From IMG/VR virus record IMGVR_UViG_3300045988_096059, positions 1-41,602 of that record: a stretch of DNA of 41,602 nucleotides; one strand, written 5' to 3'. The notes under the pieces were generated by a model. It saw nothing but the letters and a program-made list of their open reading frames with translations, searched no databases and was not told the DNA's origin. The position numbers and the translations under genes were made by a program. This DNA comes from a virus. Below, in pieces: positions 30,863 to 39,921 of the stretch (the first letter of the stretch is position 1; the number at the start of each line of letters is the position of its first letter).

Positions 30863-32881
30863 TCACTCCTCATAGAACAGGAAGCCTGTGTCCGACTCAT
30901 AGATCAGATTCAACGAGTCAACATCATGTCCGGAAACATACAGATTGCTGTCTCTATCCATGAGAAGCGTGTACGTCTCAACCTCATTATTGATACGATT
31001 CTTTGAGTAGTTCCCGATAGTGTACAGCTTGACCACTTCCTGGACACCAAAGCTTTCATTCAGCAAGTCGTTTTGGATAATGAACTGCAGCCTCTTGTAC
31101 TTCTTGAACTTCTTCTTGATGTAAAAATCCTGCGGAAGGTCTGTGTTTGTACCTGCAATCGCACCGATATACACAGGTTTGTTTTCATCCGCTCGGATAT
31201 AAACCTCTGCCGAGGTGTTCGCAATGCTTCTATCCATTGACTGTATCGTCACCAGGCAGCCTTTTTTCTGCATGTTCTTGAAGTAGTGCGTCACGCCGTC
31301 ATTGTCCAAGATAGTAGTCCAGTGAGATTCTATCGGCATTCCATCATCATTGAACGCTTCGCTTCCGAACTCTGCGATAGATTTGAATCTGCAAAGTTTT
31401 CCGTCAGCCGTACCGAACCACAGCTCTTCGTTGTGCACGCAAAACGCCGTTGCCGGTACGTTCTCCCAGTAGTAGCACTCATACTGCAAATTGGAACGCT
31501 GTGTTTCCCACGAGTTCTTCTGCGTGCCGTCCATGATGTAGCAATGGTTATTCACGCACAAAATATAAAAGCGATCCCACACTACCGATACGGAGTCTTT
31601 CAGGTTCGCTTCTGCCAAAAGTTTCTTATTCACATAGTAGCTACGGTTCTGAACGGTAGCTGTTGCAAAGTAGTTTCCATTTTCTGACGACATTACCGCT
31701 GATATGCCGTATAATCCGTCCTCTGACAGGAAAACTTGCTCACCATTAAGGGAATTAAAGGACTTCTTAGAAATCGCTCCTACGCCCGTTATAGACTGTC
31801 TCACAGCATATGTGGAGTTTTCATCGAACGTCAGCGAGTACGCAAGAAATATCGTACTGCTTTCCGGGTTTGATTCTTTGACGATCCCAAGATATTCTCC
31901 AAGGTCAATCAATCCCATAACGGATGTAAAGTCGTCTCCAACTACAAAGTAGCTCAAGTCCGGGAAGTACGTCGCGTCTTCATACGCCGAGTACCAAACA
32001 TACGATTTGTACGTTCCGGATGCTCCCGAAAGAAAAATCCTGCTGTTATATACCGAGGCTACCGTGCACTGCCGTAGCTGTTCTGCGGCAGGGCTTGTTC
32101 CTGTAGCTGTATATTCCACAAGGATGTTGTCCTCTCCGGTAACGACCGGTGGCTTTGCAGAGGGAAAAGTGATTTTTCCCGTAACATAATCTACGGTGTA
32201 TCCAGAACCTTTGGTCAGCGTTACATAATCTCCGGAGCTGTTTTTTACCTTCACCGTCTCCGTACCGCTAACGATAGGCGTTGACGTGTAAAACTCCTTT
32301 GATGTTGCATCGCCTAGAAACATTTCTTTACGCTTTCGCGTCAGAAGGTTCACATTCTCGTACACCGTGCCTCCGCCGGATGCAGTTCTGCCAATCAGTA
32401 CCGTTGGTACATACGGCTGCACTTCCTTAAAGTAAAACTGCTTTGCATCACCTACAGTTTTAAAAGTGTACTCGCGGAGAACGTTGTCCGCCAGAATATA
32501 GAACGCTCCGCCGGAAATGGCATTAAAGAAAAATCCCACAACATCCGAAGCCGGATCACTCAATGTAATAAGTGCCGCCGTGTTATCTCCAAGCCCATTG
32601 TAGATGCCGTTTCCCTTTGCATACAGAATGTGAGATTGTCCGCCATAGTCAAACGACCACATTTCACGGATCTTCGCCTTCTGTTCTGCGTCTAAAGGAT
32701 TGTATTCAACCTTCCACCCGGTACGCTTGTACGGTACTCCGCCATCATCCGGGAGCATGTTCAATGCATCAGGGCTTCGCCTCTTGAAAACCTTTGTTGG
32801 ATCAGTGGTGAAATCTACGCCCTTAAAGTTCGAGTAGACCGATGTATAAACTTTCGGTTCGCTCGGTGTCTGTATTGGCAT
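30863..32881 (-). CDS. large virion tail/nozzle structural protein (672 aa)
   Basis: Beta-rich, positioned between the adaptor-like and fibre genes. RBS GGGGGG. Family not recognised. Confidence 0.6.
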   Translation of the reverse strand: MPIQTPSEPKVYTSVYSNFKGVDFTTDPTKVFKRRSPDALNMLPDDGGVPYKRTGWKVEYNPLDAEQKAKIREMWSFDYGGQSHILYAKGNGIYNGLGDNTAALITLSDPASDVVGFFFNAISGGAFYILADNVLREYTFKTVGDAKQFYFKEVQPYVPTVLIGRTASGGGTVYENVNLLTRKRKEMFLGDATSKEFYTSTPIVSGTETVKVKNSSGDYVTLTKGSGYTVDYVTGKITFPSAKPPVVTGEDNILVEYTATGTSPAAEQLRQCTVASVYNSRIFLSGASGTYKSYVWYSAYEDATYFPDLSYFVVGDDFTSVMGLIDLGEYLGIVKESNPESSTIFLAYSLTFDENSTYAVRQSITGVGAISKKSFNSLNGEQVFLSEDGLYGISAVMSSENGNYFATATVQNRSYYVNKKLLAEANLKDSVSVVWDRFYILCVNNHCYIMDGTQKNSWETQRSNLQYECYYWENVPATAFCVHNEELWFGTADGKLCRFKSIAEFGSEAFNDDGMPIESHWTTILDNDGVTHYFKNMQKKGCLVTIQSMDRSIANTSAEVYIRADENKPVYIGAIAGTNTDLPQDFYIKKKFKKYKRLQFIIQNDLLNESFGVQEVVKLYTIGNYSKNRINNEVETYTLLMDRDSNLYVSGHDVDSLNLIYESDTGFLFYEE

Positions 32882-33472
32882 CTAAATCCCCCCTGACATG
32901 ATCCTTGCTCTCGGCTTTTCTGCACCCATCTTTATTTCCTGTACCAGTCTTTCATACTGATTGTAGTACGCTACCGCCTTTGCGTTTTCGTCTTCCATCC
33001 AGATATAATAACTAGCCAGGAGTGGTACTAAGTGATGTACTTTCAACGGAAGCTCTATCGGTGCGGAATCTTCCGAATCTAACGTAAACGGTGTGTGTGC
33101 TCTCTTGTAGAACACTTTGAACGATCCCTTTACACTACCATTCATAATCAGCACCTTGTCGTTTTCGATTTCAAAGTCGTTATACTGCTTATATACGGTA
33201 GGACCCACCATGACTGGCGTGTCTGCAAACTCAAGGAATCTTACAGTGCCGCTTTCATCAGCAGTCAGCTCTTCCATGTCATAATATAAAAGGTCGCTTT
33301 CTGCACCGTCCTGTTCAAATTTATACGTTCCAACATTTGGCGTTACTATGAGGTTGATTTCCGTGATTGCTCTGTTTATCGCATTCGGCACTACTTCGTC
33401 AAATTCGTCGATTTCTGCATCTTCTGCAAAACCGAGGTCTCTGATTTGTGCTTTCAGTTCTCCATAGTTCAT
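32882..33472 (-). CDS. virion structural protein, putative head-tail adaptor (196 aa)
   Basis: Assigned by position after the capsid block. RBS AGGAG. Confidence 0.45.
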   Translation of the reverse strand: MNYGELKAQIRDLGFAEDAEIDEFDEVVPNAINRAITEINLIVTPNVGTYKFEQDGAESDLLYYDMEELTADESGTVRFLEFADTPVMVGPTVYKQYNDFEIENDKVLIMNGSVKGSFKVFYKRAHTPFTLDSEDSAPIELPLKVHHLVPLLASYYIWMEDENAKAVAYYNQYERLVQEIKMGAEKPRARIMSGGI

Positions 33473-33481
33473 AAGTAACTC

Positions 33482-33628
33482 CTATTTCTTACTTCGCTTC
33501 GCCGGTGTGCCTCTATTTCTTGGCTTCTTGGGTTCTTCACTGCCCTTTGTGGTCTCGGCTTTCTGCCGTTCCTTTTCGACCTCCTCCATGAACGCCCACC
33601 GTCTTTCGCGCTGTCTTCTTGTAGACAT
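33482..33628 (-). CDS. highly basic small protein (48 aa)
   Basis: Alternative frame to track ORF 33469..33660. ATG at 33628 is preceded by AGGAGGA (MSTRRQRERRWAFMEEVEKERQKAE...PAKRSKK). Confidence 0.5.
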   Translation of the reverse strand: MSTRRQRERRWAFMEEVEKERQKAETTKGSEEPKKPRNRGTPAKRSKK

Positions 33629-33639
33629 TGTATCCTCCT

Positions 33640-33666
33640 AAAAAAATATGGGGGCTGCACGCCCCC
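33640..33666 (-). terminator. Intrinsic terminator after the scaffold-capsid-118aa block
   Basis: Minus-strand RNA GGGGGC-GUGCA-GCCCCC followed by AUAUUUUUUU. Confidence 0.75.
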
Positions 33667-33672
33667 GTATCT

Positions 33673-34029
33673 TTATACTTTAGCTTCTACCACAGCGATA
33701 GAAACCGCCTTATCGGACGTGATGCGGATTTTACCCGCATTAACACCGGACACGTTCTTAAAGATCGTGGAATCCAGAGTGAATGCAGCCTCCGTACCCT
33801 TTTCTACAATAGCGGTCACATCGTTTACGCCTCCATAGGCATTACCGTGATGCAAAGTCAGCGTCGCATCATCAGAAGCGGATGCGTTCTGAACCAGAAT
33901 CAGTGTTCTCTGGTCATTGTAATCCGCCTTGATCACAGCGGTGTTACCAGCTGCAATGCTCGTTCTGGTAAACTTCGTTACCGTATTCGGCTTTGTTGTG
34001 GTCTGTTTGCTTACTGCTACGTCTGCCAT
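33673..34029 (-). CDS. beta-rich virion protein co-transcribed with the capsid gene (118 aa, decoration-like)
   Basis: RBS GGGAGGA, directly after the major capsid gene and before a terminator. Function inferred from position only. Confidence 0.45.
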   Translation of the reverse strand: MADVAVSKQTTTKPNTVTKFTRTSIAAGNTAVIKADYNDQRTLILVQNASASDDATLTLHHGNAYGGVNDVTAIVEKGTEAAFTLDSTIFKNVSGVNAGKIRITSDKAVSIAVVEAKV

Positions 34030-34048
34030 CTTCTATTCCTCCCTTCTC

Positions 34049-34891
34049 TTACGCAATCTTCATGCGCAGGTTGATAATTTCCTTTGGAGCAGTAACTTTA
34101 CCATCGAACAGGGAGAATCCCTTTACACGATCCTGGAAGTAATCTTCCGGTCTGTCTGCTTCCAGATGCAGATACGCATCAATGAAGGAAATAGCGTTGT
34201 TGGTCTTTACCTGAATGTCACATACTCCCGTAGAGGAGAAGTGTACATTGTTGGAAGCTTTGATGATAGCACCGCCGTACATTCCTACTCTGCCGTTTCT
34301 CAGCATTTCAGAATTGTTGGTATCGAGGTCAACGTATGCCTTTTTCAGCAGCGTTACGACTTTGTGCGGTACAGTGATGGTAACCTCGGTATCTCTGTCT
34401 ACATCGTTCTCCCACAGCCCTTCGAGTGCCTCGTCAATGCAGTCTAAGATAGTGGTGTGTGTGATCAAAGAAGCCGATTTATCAATGATCTTTACCTGTG
34501 GATCAGTAACCAGTCCGGCAATGAACTTGTCCTGCTCATTCGCAACCTTGTCCTTTGCCTTTGCAGTGTACTTTCCGATGAGTCCTTCTCCGCCTTCCGC
34601 CTGTCTCTTATCGAGATCGTCAACGAAAAAGTTGAAGTCTCTGTATTCCATGATCGGAATAGTCATGGATGTACCCTGGATTTCCTGTGGAGCATCCAGT
34701 TTATGAGTTTTACCATCGTTAAAGGATCTCAGGTCAACATCGCCCAGTCCTAAAACCTTTACAGTATCGCCTACCTGTCTTGCGATACCTTCGTATTCGC
34801 GGTTTGTGTTTTCTGCGAATACGAGCTTTCTTTTGAGATCATCCTGGAATTTCTTCGCCCAGACCTCGGGGATAAAAGTTTCTACAGACAT
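34049..34891 (-). CDS. major capsid protein (HK97-fold, P22-coat/N4-gp56-like N-terminal pattern)
   Basis: FIPEVWAKKFQDDLKRKLVFAENTNREYEG.....GDTVKV is typical of this capsid family, and it sits after the scaffold. RBS GGAAAGGAG. Confidence 0.78.
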   Translation of the reverse strand: MSVETFIPEVWAKKFQDDLKRKLVFAENTNREYEGIARQVGDTVKVLGLGDVDLRSFNDGKTHKLDAPQEIQGTSMTIPIMEYRDFNFFVDDLDKRQAEGGEGLIGKYTAKAKDKVANEQDKFIAGLVTDPQVKIIDKSASLITHTTILDCIDEALEGLWENDVDRDTEVTITVPHKVVTLLKKAYVDLDTNNSEMLRNGRVGMYGGAIIKASNNVHFSSTGVCDIQVKTNNAISFIDAYLHLEADRPEDYFQDRVKGFSLFDGKVTAPKEIINLRMKIA

Positions 34892-34905
34892 TTAAGTCTC
34901 CTTTC

Positions 34906-35625
34906 CTACTTGCGTTTCCACTTTGAGAATGACGCAAGTATCTTGTCAGCATTTTTATAACGTTGTTCGGATGTCATAGCGTCCACCTCTTCCTTCGTGA
35001 AGAAGTCCTTCTCCGGTGGCTCACTATTCACTTTGCCGATCTCTTTTGGAGCAGACGGTGTTGTCGCTGCTTCCTTACTCTTTACAGCAAAGTACGCATC
35101 GGTGGCGGAAAGCCCCGCCTTGATGTAACTTACATAGGATTCTCCAAGCTGTTCACAGCTCGTGATAGAAGGGTCAATCTTCTGGATTTCTGCAAGGTCT
35201 TCTTTCATCTGGCTTTCAGCTTTTGCAGATGCGACTTCACCTCTCAGTCTCTGGATCTCATTGTCCTTTTCTGCATTGTCCTGTTCAGCAGAAATCAGAG
35301 CCGCTAAATCACTTGGATCTAAATCCATGCTTTCTGCAAGAATCTCGATATCTCCGTTTTCTCTGCCCGTCAGCCGAGAAATGGTACTTGCTCTTGCGTT
35401 CTCTCTTGCCTGCAATTCTGCAAGCTGTCTTTCGGCTTCTTCCGCTCTACGTGCATTATCAGCAGATTCTCTGCGGATTCTTGCCCACGCTTCGGATGCT
35501 GAATGACCATCGTCGGGTGGTGTCCCCTGACCTTCTGTCTGTTCGGCTACCTCAGACTCGTTTACGCCTTCTGTTACCGGCTCGGCTACTTCCGGTTCGT
35601 TTACGCCTAAATTTTCAATATCCAT
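34906..35625 (-). CDS. scaffolding protein
   Basis: Acidic, helical and repeat-bearing (GVNEPEVAEPVTEGVNESEVAEQ), between portal and capsid. Confidence 0.7.
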   Translation of the reverse strand: MDIENLGVNEPEVAEPVTEGVNESEVAEQTEGQGTPPDDGHSASEAWARIRRESADNARRAEEAERQLAELQARENARASTISRLTGRENGDIEILAESMDLDPSDLAALISAEQDNAEKDNEIQRLRGEVASAKAESQMKEDLAEIQKIDPSITSCEQLGESYVSYIKAGLSATDAYFAVKSKEAATTPSAPKEIGKVNSEPPEKDFFTKEEVDAMTSEQRYKNADKILASFSKWKRK

Positions 35626-35643
35626 AATTTTCTCCTTGGATTT

Positions 35644-35674
35644 TTTTATTAAAAAAAGCGGGCTTATTCCCGCT
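35644..35674 (-). terminator. Intrinsic terminator between the portal block and the scaffold gene
   Basis: Minus-strand RNA AGCGGG-AAUAAG-CCCGCU followed by U7. The stop codon of the zinc-ribbon ORF lies in the loop. Confidence 0.7.
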
Positions 35675-35846
35675 CTTTTATCGTTGATTCAGTTTCTTCT
35701 CCGGTAGGTGAGTATGCTTTGCCGCACTCTTTGCATTCCGGATTCACGCAGGCATAGAAAAATGTCTCCACGCCGTCTTTTCTTGAAATTTTATCTAGCA
35801 GCATTTCGCTGTTACACTCACTGCACCGCCTGTTCACTGTTACCAT
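35664..35846 (-). CDS. zinc-ribbon small protein (60 aa)
   Basis: ATG at 35846 is preceded by GGGAGG. Two CxxC pairs (CSECNS ... CKECGK). Confidence 0.55.
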   Translation of the reverse strand: MVTVNRRCSECNSEMLLDKISRKDGVETFFYACVNPECKECGKAYSPTGEETESTIKERE

Positions 35847-37533
35847 CTTGCGCCTCCCATGCCTTCTGTGCCGCCTGCATATCAGCTCCATACGTCGCCT
35901 GCAGCCCTGCGGCTTCCTGCTTCATTTGCTCCTGCTGCTCGAGTTTTCGTTTCCGGAAAACTTCCATCAGTTTATTTTTCGGGACAACGCTGTTATCCGG
36001 TGCAAGCTCGACGTACTCCTTGAACGTGATATGCTGTTTTTCAAGCATGCTGTCAAGCGCAGTCTGCTCCGCTTCCTTTGTCCACGGGTTATCCTGCGAT
36101 ACGTCAATTCGGATATCCGGCTTCATGTTGTCCAATTCTTCTGTAGTGACTCTCTCCACAGTCCGGTGAGATTCTCCTATATCATCTGTAGTGTCGATAG
36201 CAACATCAAAACCGTCCGGATGATATACAGCCCAGATTTCAACCCATAGCTTAGCAAGGTCTTCAACGAAGGTTTTCATCTTAGCCACCTGCTCATTCAG
36301 CGGGAGTGCCGCCTGGTCACGGATAGCAATGATTGCGGATGCCGCAACTCTGTTCGGGTTGATGTTACCCATGGCAGTCTCGCCAGATCCGGACAATTCC
36401 TGCGAATTGGACAGCAGATCATCTGCATAGTTTTTCGGATCAGAGTTACTCTGCGCCGGATTCAGATATGAAATTATCTGGTTGATGCTCTGCACACCGC
36501 CAGACTGCATCTCGATAGGTGCTCCCACCTCTCCGAGTGCTTCCGGGTTTGTGATGGCATTACCGTCGTATGCGATTCTCGGGAACGCCGTAAGCTTAAT
36601 AATCATGCTCCGGCGTGCTAGGGTCTTGTTGATTTCAAGCTGATTGGGGATAAGCTGTGTTACCTCGGAGATCCCTCTTGCACTGTTCGGGTAATCTTCC
36701 CATGAAATCTTAACAAGCGGATAGAGAGTAAGTCCTCTGCCCGGTTCGCCATTTGCCAGAGTTACTTGTATTGGATGCTCCGGCTCGAAAATCACGCTTC
36801 TTGTGCACTGCGTTACATGAACGATGCCCCCTTTTTTCTCCATATGGATAATACACGTCACCTTGGACTCGTTACTGGATGAGTCGTTTGTGACTTCGTC
36901 CCGGTTTCCAACAAGGTTTTCCGTGTCATTGTCTGCTGTGATCCTCTTTATTTCGCTCTCCGGTATGTTGTTCAGTCTTGCGCGCTCCCTGACAGCTCCT
37001 ACAGTAAGCCTCTGTACGATGATGATATATGGCTGCTGCTGTATATTCTGATTGGACTCGTCGCCATAAAGCACCGAGGTGTTAAGCAGTCGCTGCACAT
37101 CTTCAACGTTGGCGGTTCCGTAATACTGGATACCGTCTCCGGTGACCGCTGAATCCTTTGTTGTTGCCCAAAGCTCCATGTCCATGTTGGATTTTTCCCA
37201 GCATCTAGCAAACATAGCATTGAGTTTGCTGTAAATCGCCATGGTTTCTTCTTCCTCCCTGCCTTCTGCGTCGGAATACTTCGCTACCATGTTGTTCTGT
37301 GATACGGTGGAGACTTTGTGCTTGATGGTAGGCTTGATGAAATTTAAAAACGGCAGTTCTTCACCGCCGCTCTTCATGCCTTCCCATTGATTTCCGGAAT
37401 AAAAATTCCATGCTTTATTTGTTTTGGGTATAAGTTGTTTATTTGTCAGATATTCCATGCCTTTTTCGTACCGTTTCCAGTACTTTTCCGGTGTCTGCGG
37501 AATATCGACGTTTTTCTTTACAGGGTTTGTCAC
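35818..37533 (-). CDS. portal protein
   Basis: 571 aa, between the large terminase and the scaffold. GTG start is preceded by GGAGGAA. Size and position are typical. The family call is by context. Confidence 0.85.
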   Translation of the reverse strand: MTNPVKKNVDIPQTPEKYWKRYEKGMEYLTNKQLIPKTNKAWNFYSGNQWEGMKSGGEELPFLNFIKPTIKHKVSTVSQNNMVAKYSDAEGREEEETMAIYSKLNAMFARCWEKSNMDMELWATTKDSAVTGDGIQYYGTANVEDVQRLLNTSVLYGDESNQNIQQQPYIIIVQRLTVGAVRERARLNNIPESEIKRITADNDTENLVGNRDEVTNDSSSNESKVTCIIHMEKKGGIVHVTQCTRSVIFEPEHPIQVTLANGEPGRGLTLYPLVKISWEDYPNSARGISEVTQLIPNQLEINKTLARRSMIIKLTAFPRIAYDGNAITNPEALGEVGAPIEMQSGGVQSINQIISYLNPAQSNSDPKNYADDLLSNSQELSGSGETAMGNINPNRVAASAIIAIRDQAALPLNEQVAKMKTFVEDLAKLWVEIWAVYHPDGFDVAIDTTDDIGESHRTVERVTTEELDNMKPDIRIDVSQDNPWTKEAEQTALDSMLEKQHITFKEYVELAPDNSVVPKNKLMEVFRKRKLEQQEQMKQEAAGLQATYGADMQAAQKAWEAQDGNSEQAVQ

Positions 37534-37808
37534 TTGATTTCCTCCTGTCCATTGTCTGTGCCATCATATCGGTCTATATTGGCTAAAACAGAGTTGATCT
37601 TTCTGATTTCTGCTTCCTGTTCGGTCCTCTGCTTCTTCTCTGCCTTGGTCTCCCTGTGCTTTATCTTGGGAGCATCTACAAAAGCAGGAACTTCTTCTTT
37701 TTCCTCAACTAATGCCAGTTTTACGCCGTATGCGATGAATTTAACCACAAAAAACGGTAAAATCATCAGATACACCACGCAAATTGTCAACAAAATATCA
37801 AATAACAT
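37530..37808 (-). CDS. small membrane protein (92 aa) between terminase and portal
   Basis: N-terminal TMs ILLTICVVYLMILPFFVVKFIAYGV, then a charged tail. Confidence 0.5.
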   Translation of the reverse strand: MLFDILLTICVVYLMILPFFVVKFIAYGVKLALVEEKEEVPAFVDAPKIKHRETKAEKKQRTEQEAEIRKINSVLANIDRYDGTDNGQEEIK

Positions 37809-39309
37809 GGATCTTATCTCCTTTTCCTATAGATTTTGCCTTGTTTATCCTTTTCGGGATGTTGAAATCACCCCGTCTTGCCTGCCGCATGGTCTGCCGG
37901 AAAGTACGTTTATGAATGAGCCTTGCGAGTGCCTGTGACATACTGTCCACCATATCGTCATGTGCTCCGTTAGGAAACGAGGCGCACTGGTCTATAAACT
38001 CCCATGTGAACTTCTTATCCCTCGGCAGATACACGCATCCGGCTTCGATCGCAAAGGAAACGTGGTTGACGCGGGATTCCTTGCTCGCTTCCGGCTCTAC
38101 GGCGATAACTCCCATGAGCTGCTCTCTTAGGACCTGTATGATTCCGGTACCGTTTGCCTTATCTTCTATCAAAATGGCTGTAATCTGCGGATATTTCGCT
38201 TTTACAAGCTTGATTTTCTTTACTGTGTTCGGGAAGTTCAGGTGAACATTGTAGCAGTCCAGAAGATAGAACCTGTTCTCTCTCTTTCCCCACACTTCAA
38301 TCGCTACATAGTCGTTTTTAGCCTGATCCTTAAAGGTAGCGTCCACGGACATTATCATATTGTTCATTTTTAGCGTGCCATTCTCAAAGTCACTGTAGTC
38401 GTAATACTGCCACCACTCACGTTTGAGTATGTTACCCTCTCTTGCGGTAGGTCTGCCCTGATACAGTGCGTTCCATGTTCTCATGCCCTGCTCGGATGCT
38501 ACCGTTCGTTTCTTGTCTTCTACCCACGCCTTGTCTCGTCCGATTTCCGGACAAATAGGCTCTCCTATATGCCGCCCTAAAGGGTCGTCTTCATCGTCAG
38601 CCTCACACGGGATATTAACAACTGTTGTGCGGTCAGGGAATTCTTTCATTATCCTCGCCGCAAGGTCGTCTTCGTGCCACCTTGTCATAATGAGCACCAA
38701 CTTACTGCCCTTGCCCATTCGCGTCATGATGGAGTCGTTGAATTCCTCCCAGAGACTATCTCTCTTCTTTTCGGAATCAGCGTCCTCTCTGTTCTTGATC
38801 GGGTCGTCCATGACAATTAAGTTTCCAGTATATCCGGTCAGCGGAGATTTTAATCCGCGGGAAATCATCTGTAATTTATGACCCTTAAGCTCTACTTCTG
38901 CCGCTGTCGCCTTGTCTTTTTTAACCTTTACGCCAAAAATGGACCCAAACTGCTTTATCTTGTCCAGATTCGCCCTGCCAAACCTCTGCGCCAGATCATC
39001 TCCGTATGAGATTACTATTACGCCACTATCCGCATGTTTCATTTTGTACCATGACGGCAAACACTCCGTTACCGTGGTGGATTTTCCTACCTGCGGCGGC
39101 GTGTTCAGTATCAGAAACTCACCCATGGGAAATTCGCTTTCCTTCTCTACGAATTCCTGTATGGTGTCACACAGAAACCTGTGAAACTTGCTCGGATACC
39201 AGTTATATCCATCCACCTCCACGTTTCGCCCAAAATTATGAACATGGTAACAGTAATACCTGTAATTCGCTTGTACATTTTGCAAATATGCGTCTTGCAA
39301 TGTTGACAT
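37798..39309 (-). CDS. terL: terminase large subunit
   Basis: Walker A NTPPQVGKST, Walker B LIVMDDP, and a C-terminal RNaseH-like nuclease with AHDDMVDS. Confidence 0.95.
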   Translation of the reverse strand: MSTLQDAYLQNVQANYRYYCYHVHNFGRNVEVDGYNWYPSKFHRFLCDTIQEFVEKESEFPMGEFLILNTPPQVGKSTTVTECLPSWYKMKHADSGVIVISYGDDLAQRFGRANLDKIKQFGSIFGVKVKKDKATAAEVELKGHKLQMISRGLKSPLTGYTGNLIVMDDPIKNREDADSEKKRDSLWEEFNDSIMTRMGKGSKLVLIMTRWHEDDLAARIMKEFPDRTTVVNIPCEADDEDDPLGRHIGEPICPEIGRDKAWVEDKKRTVASEQGMRTWNALYQGRPTAREGNILKREWWQYYDYSDFENGTLKMNNMIMSVDATFKDQAKNDYVAIEVWGKRENRFYLLDCYNVHLNFPNTVKKIKLVKAKYPQITAILIEDKANGTGIIQVLREQLMGVIAVEPEASKESRVNHVSFAIEAGCVYLPRDKKFTWEFIDQCASFPNGAHDDMVDSMSQALARLIHKRTFRQTMRQARRGDFNIPKRINKAKSIGKGDKIHVI

Positions 39310-39321
39310 GGTTTCACCTAT

Positions 39322-39343
39322 TAAAAAACCACCTTTTGGTGGT
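39322..39343 (-). terminator. Short hairpin plus U-tract between the tRNA-like gene and terL
   Basis: Minus-strand RNA ACCACC-AAAA-GGUGGU followed by UUUUUAAU. The stem is short, so it may only attenuate. Confidence 0.45.
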
Positions 39344-39447
39344 GTGCTTTTCTTGGGGCATTTGCGCCCCGCTTAATAAAACTCCCAGCTGAGTTCCCTG
39401 CAGGCTAGCATTCGGTGACACACGGTCTCCGGCAGGGTCTCTCTGTA

Positions 39448-39521
39448 TGGTGACGGGTGGACTCGAACCACCGCCCTGATGAGTTTTCGCTCATCCTCTC
39501 TTCCAACTGAGCTACGCCACC
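39448..39521 (-). tRNA. tRNA-like gene with a non-canonical anticodon arm (GAA/Phe-like triplet, 8-nt loop or 6-bp stem/6-nt loop, no U33)
   Basis: Hand-folded cloverleaf. Acceptor GGUGGCG/CGUCACC (one GU pair). D-arm GCUC-AGUUGGAA-GAGA. T-arm GGUGG-UUCGAGU-CCACC. Discriminator A, no encoded CCA. The anticodon arm GAUGA-GCGAAAAC-UCAUC is 1 nt longer than standard. Confidence 0.6.
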
Positions 39522-39813
39522 ATATTGCCTCGATTTCGAGGTAATTAAAAAAGAGCCCTTGCTGGACCCTTTTTATATTTTGAAAAATTTTTTTCGTGCG
39601 TCAGAATTTGATGCACCTTTTTCTGGGGGTTACTTACGCGTGTGGTGCCCCCCACACCAATATTCCACTGATAGCCCGGTCGCTTTGGGACACCGCTCTA
39701 CCTTATATATAGTAAGAAGTGGTAGACGGATCAAACCGCTTTCCTTCCTTTTCTTTTTTCTTCCTGCTCCCTCTCTGTATGTGGCGGGGTGGGGTGGATG
39801 GAGTCCCTACCAT

Positions 39814-39921
39814 TGTATAATTATGCAGTGGTTTGTGGGTGTTTCCCCGGTGTTTTTGCATACATTTATGTATAATCACTGTATAATTATCCATCAGCTT
39901 AACCGCTTCATTTGTTATAAT
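39814..39921. repeat. Four TGT(T)ATAAT motifs in the terS-terL spacer
   Basis: TGTATAATTAT at 39814 and 39880 (identical 11-mers), TGTATAATC at 39869 and TGTTATAAT at 39913. Confidence 0.8.

Noticed and set aside
33469-33660. 63-aa track ORF (MQPPYFFRRIQ...)
   Set aside because: Its start lies inside the terminator hairpin and has no RBS. The alternative frame 33482..33628 has a perfect AGGAGGA RBS and a coherent basic sequence.
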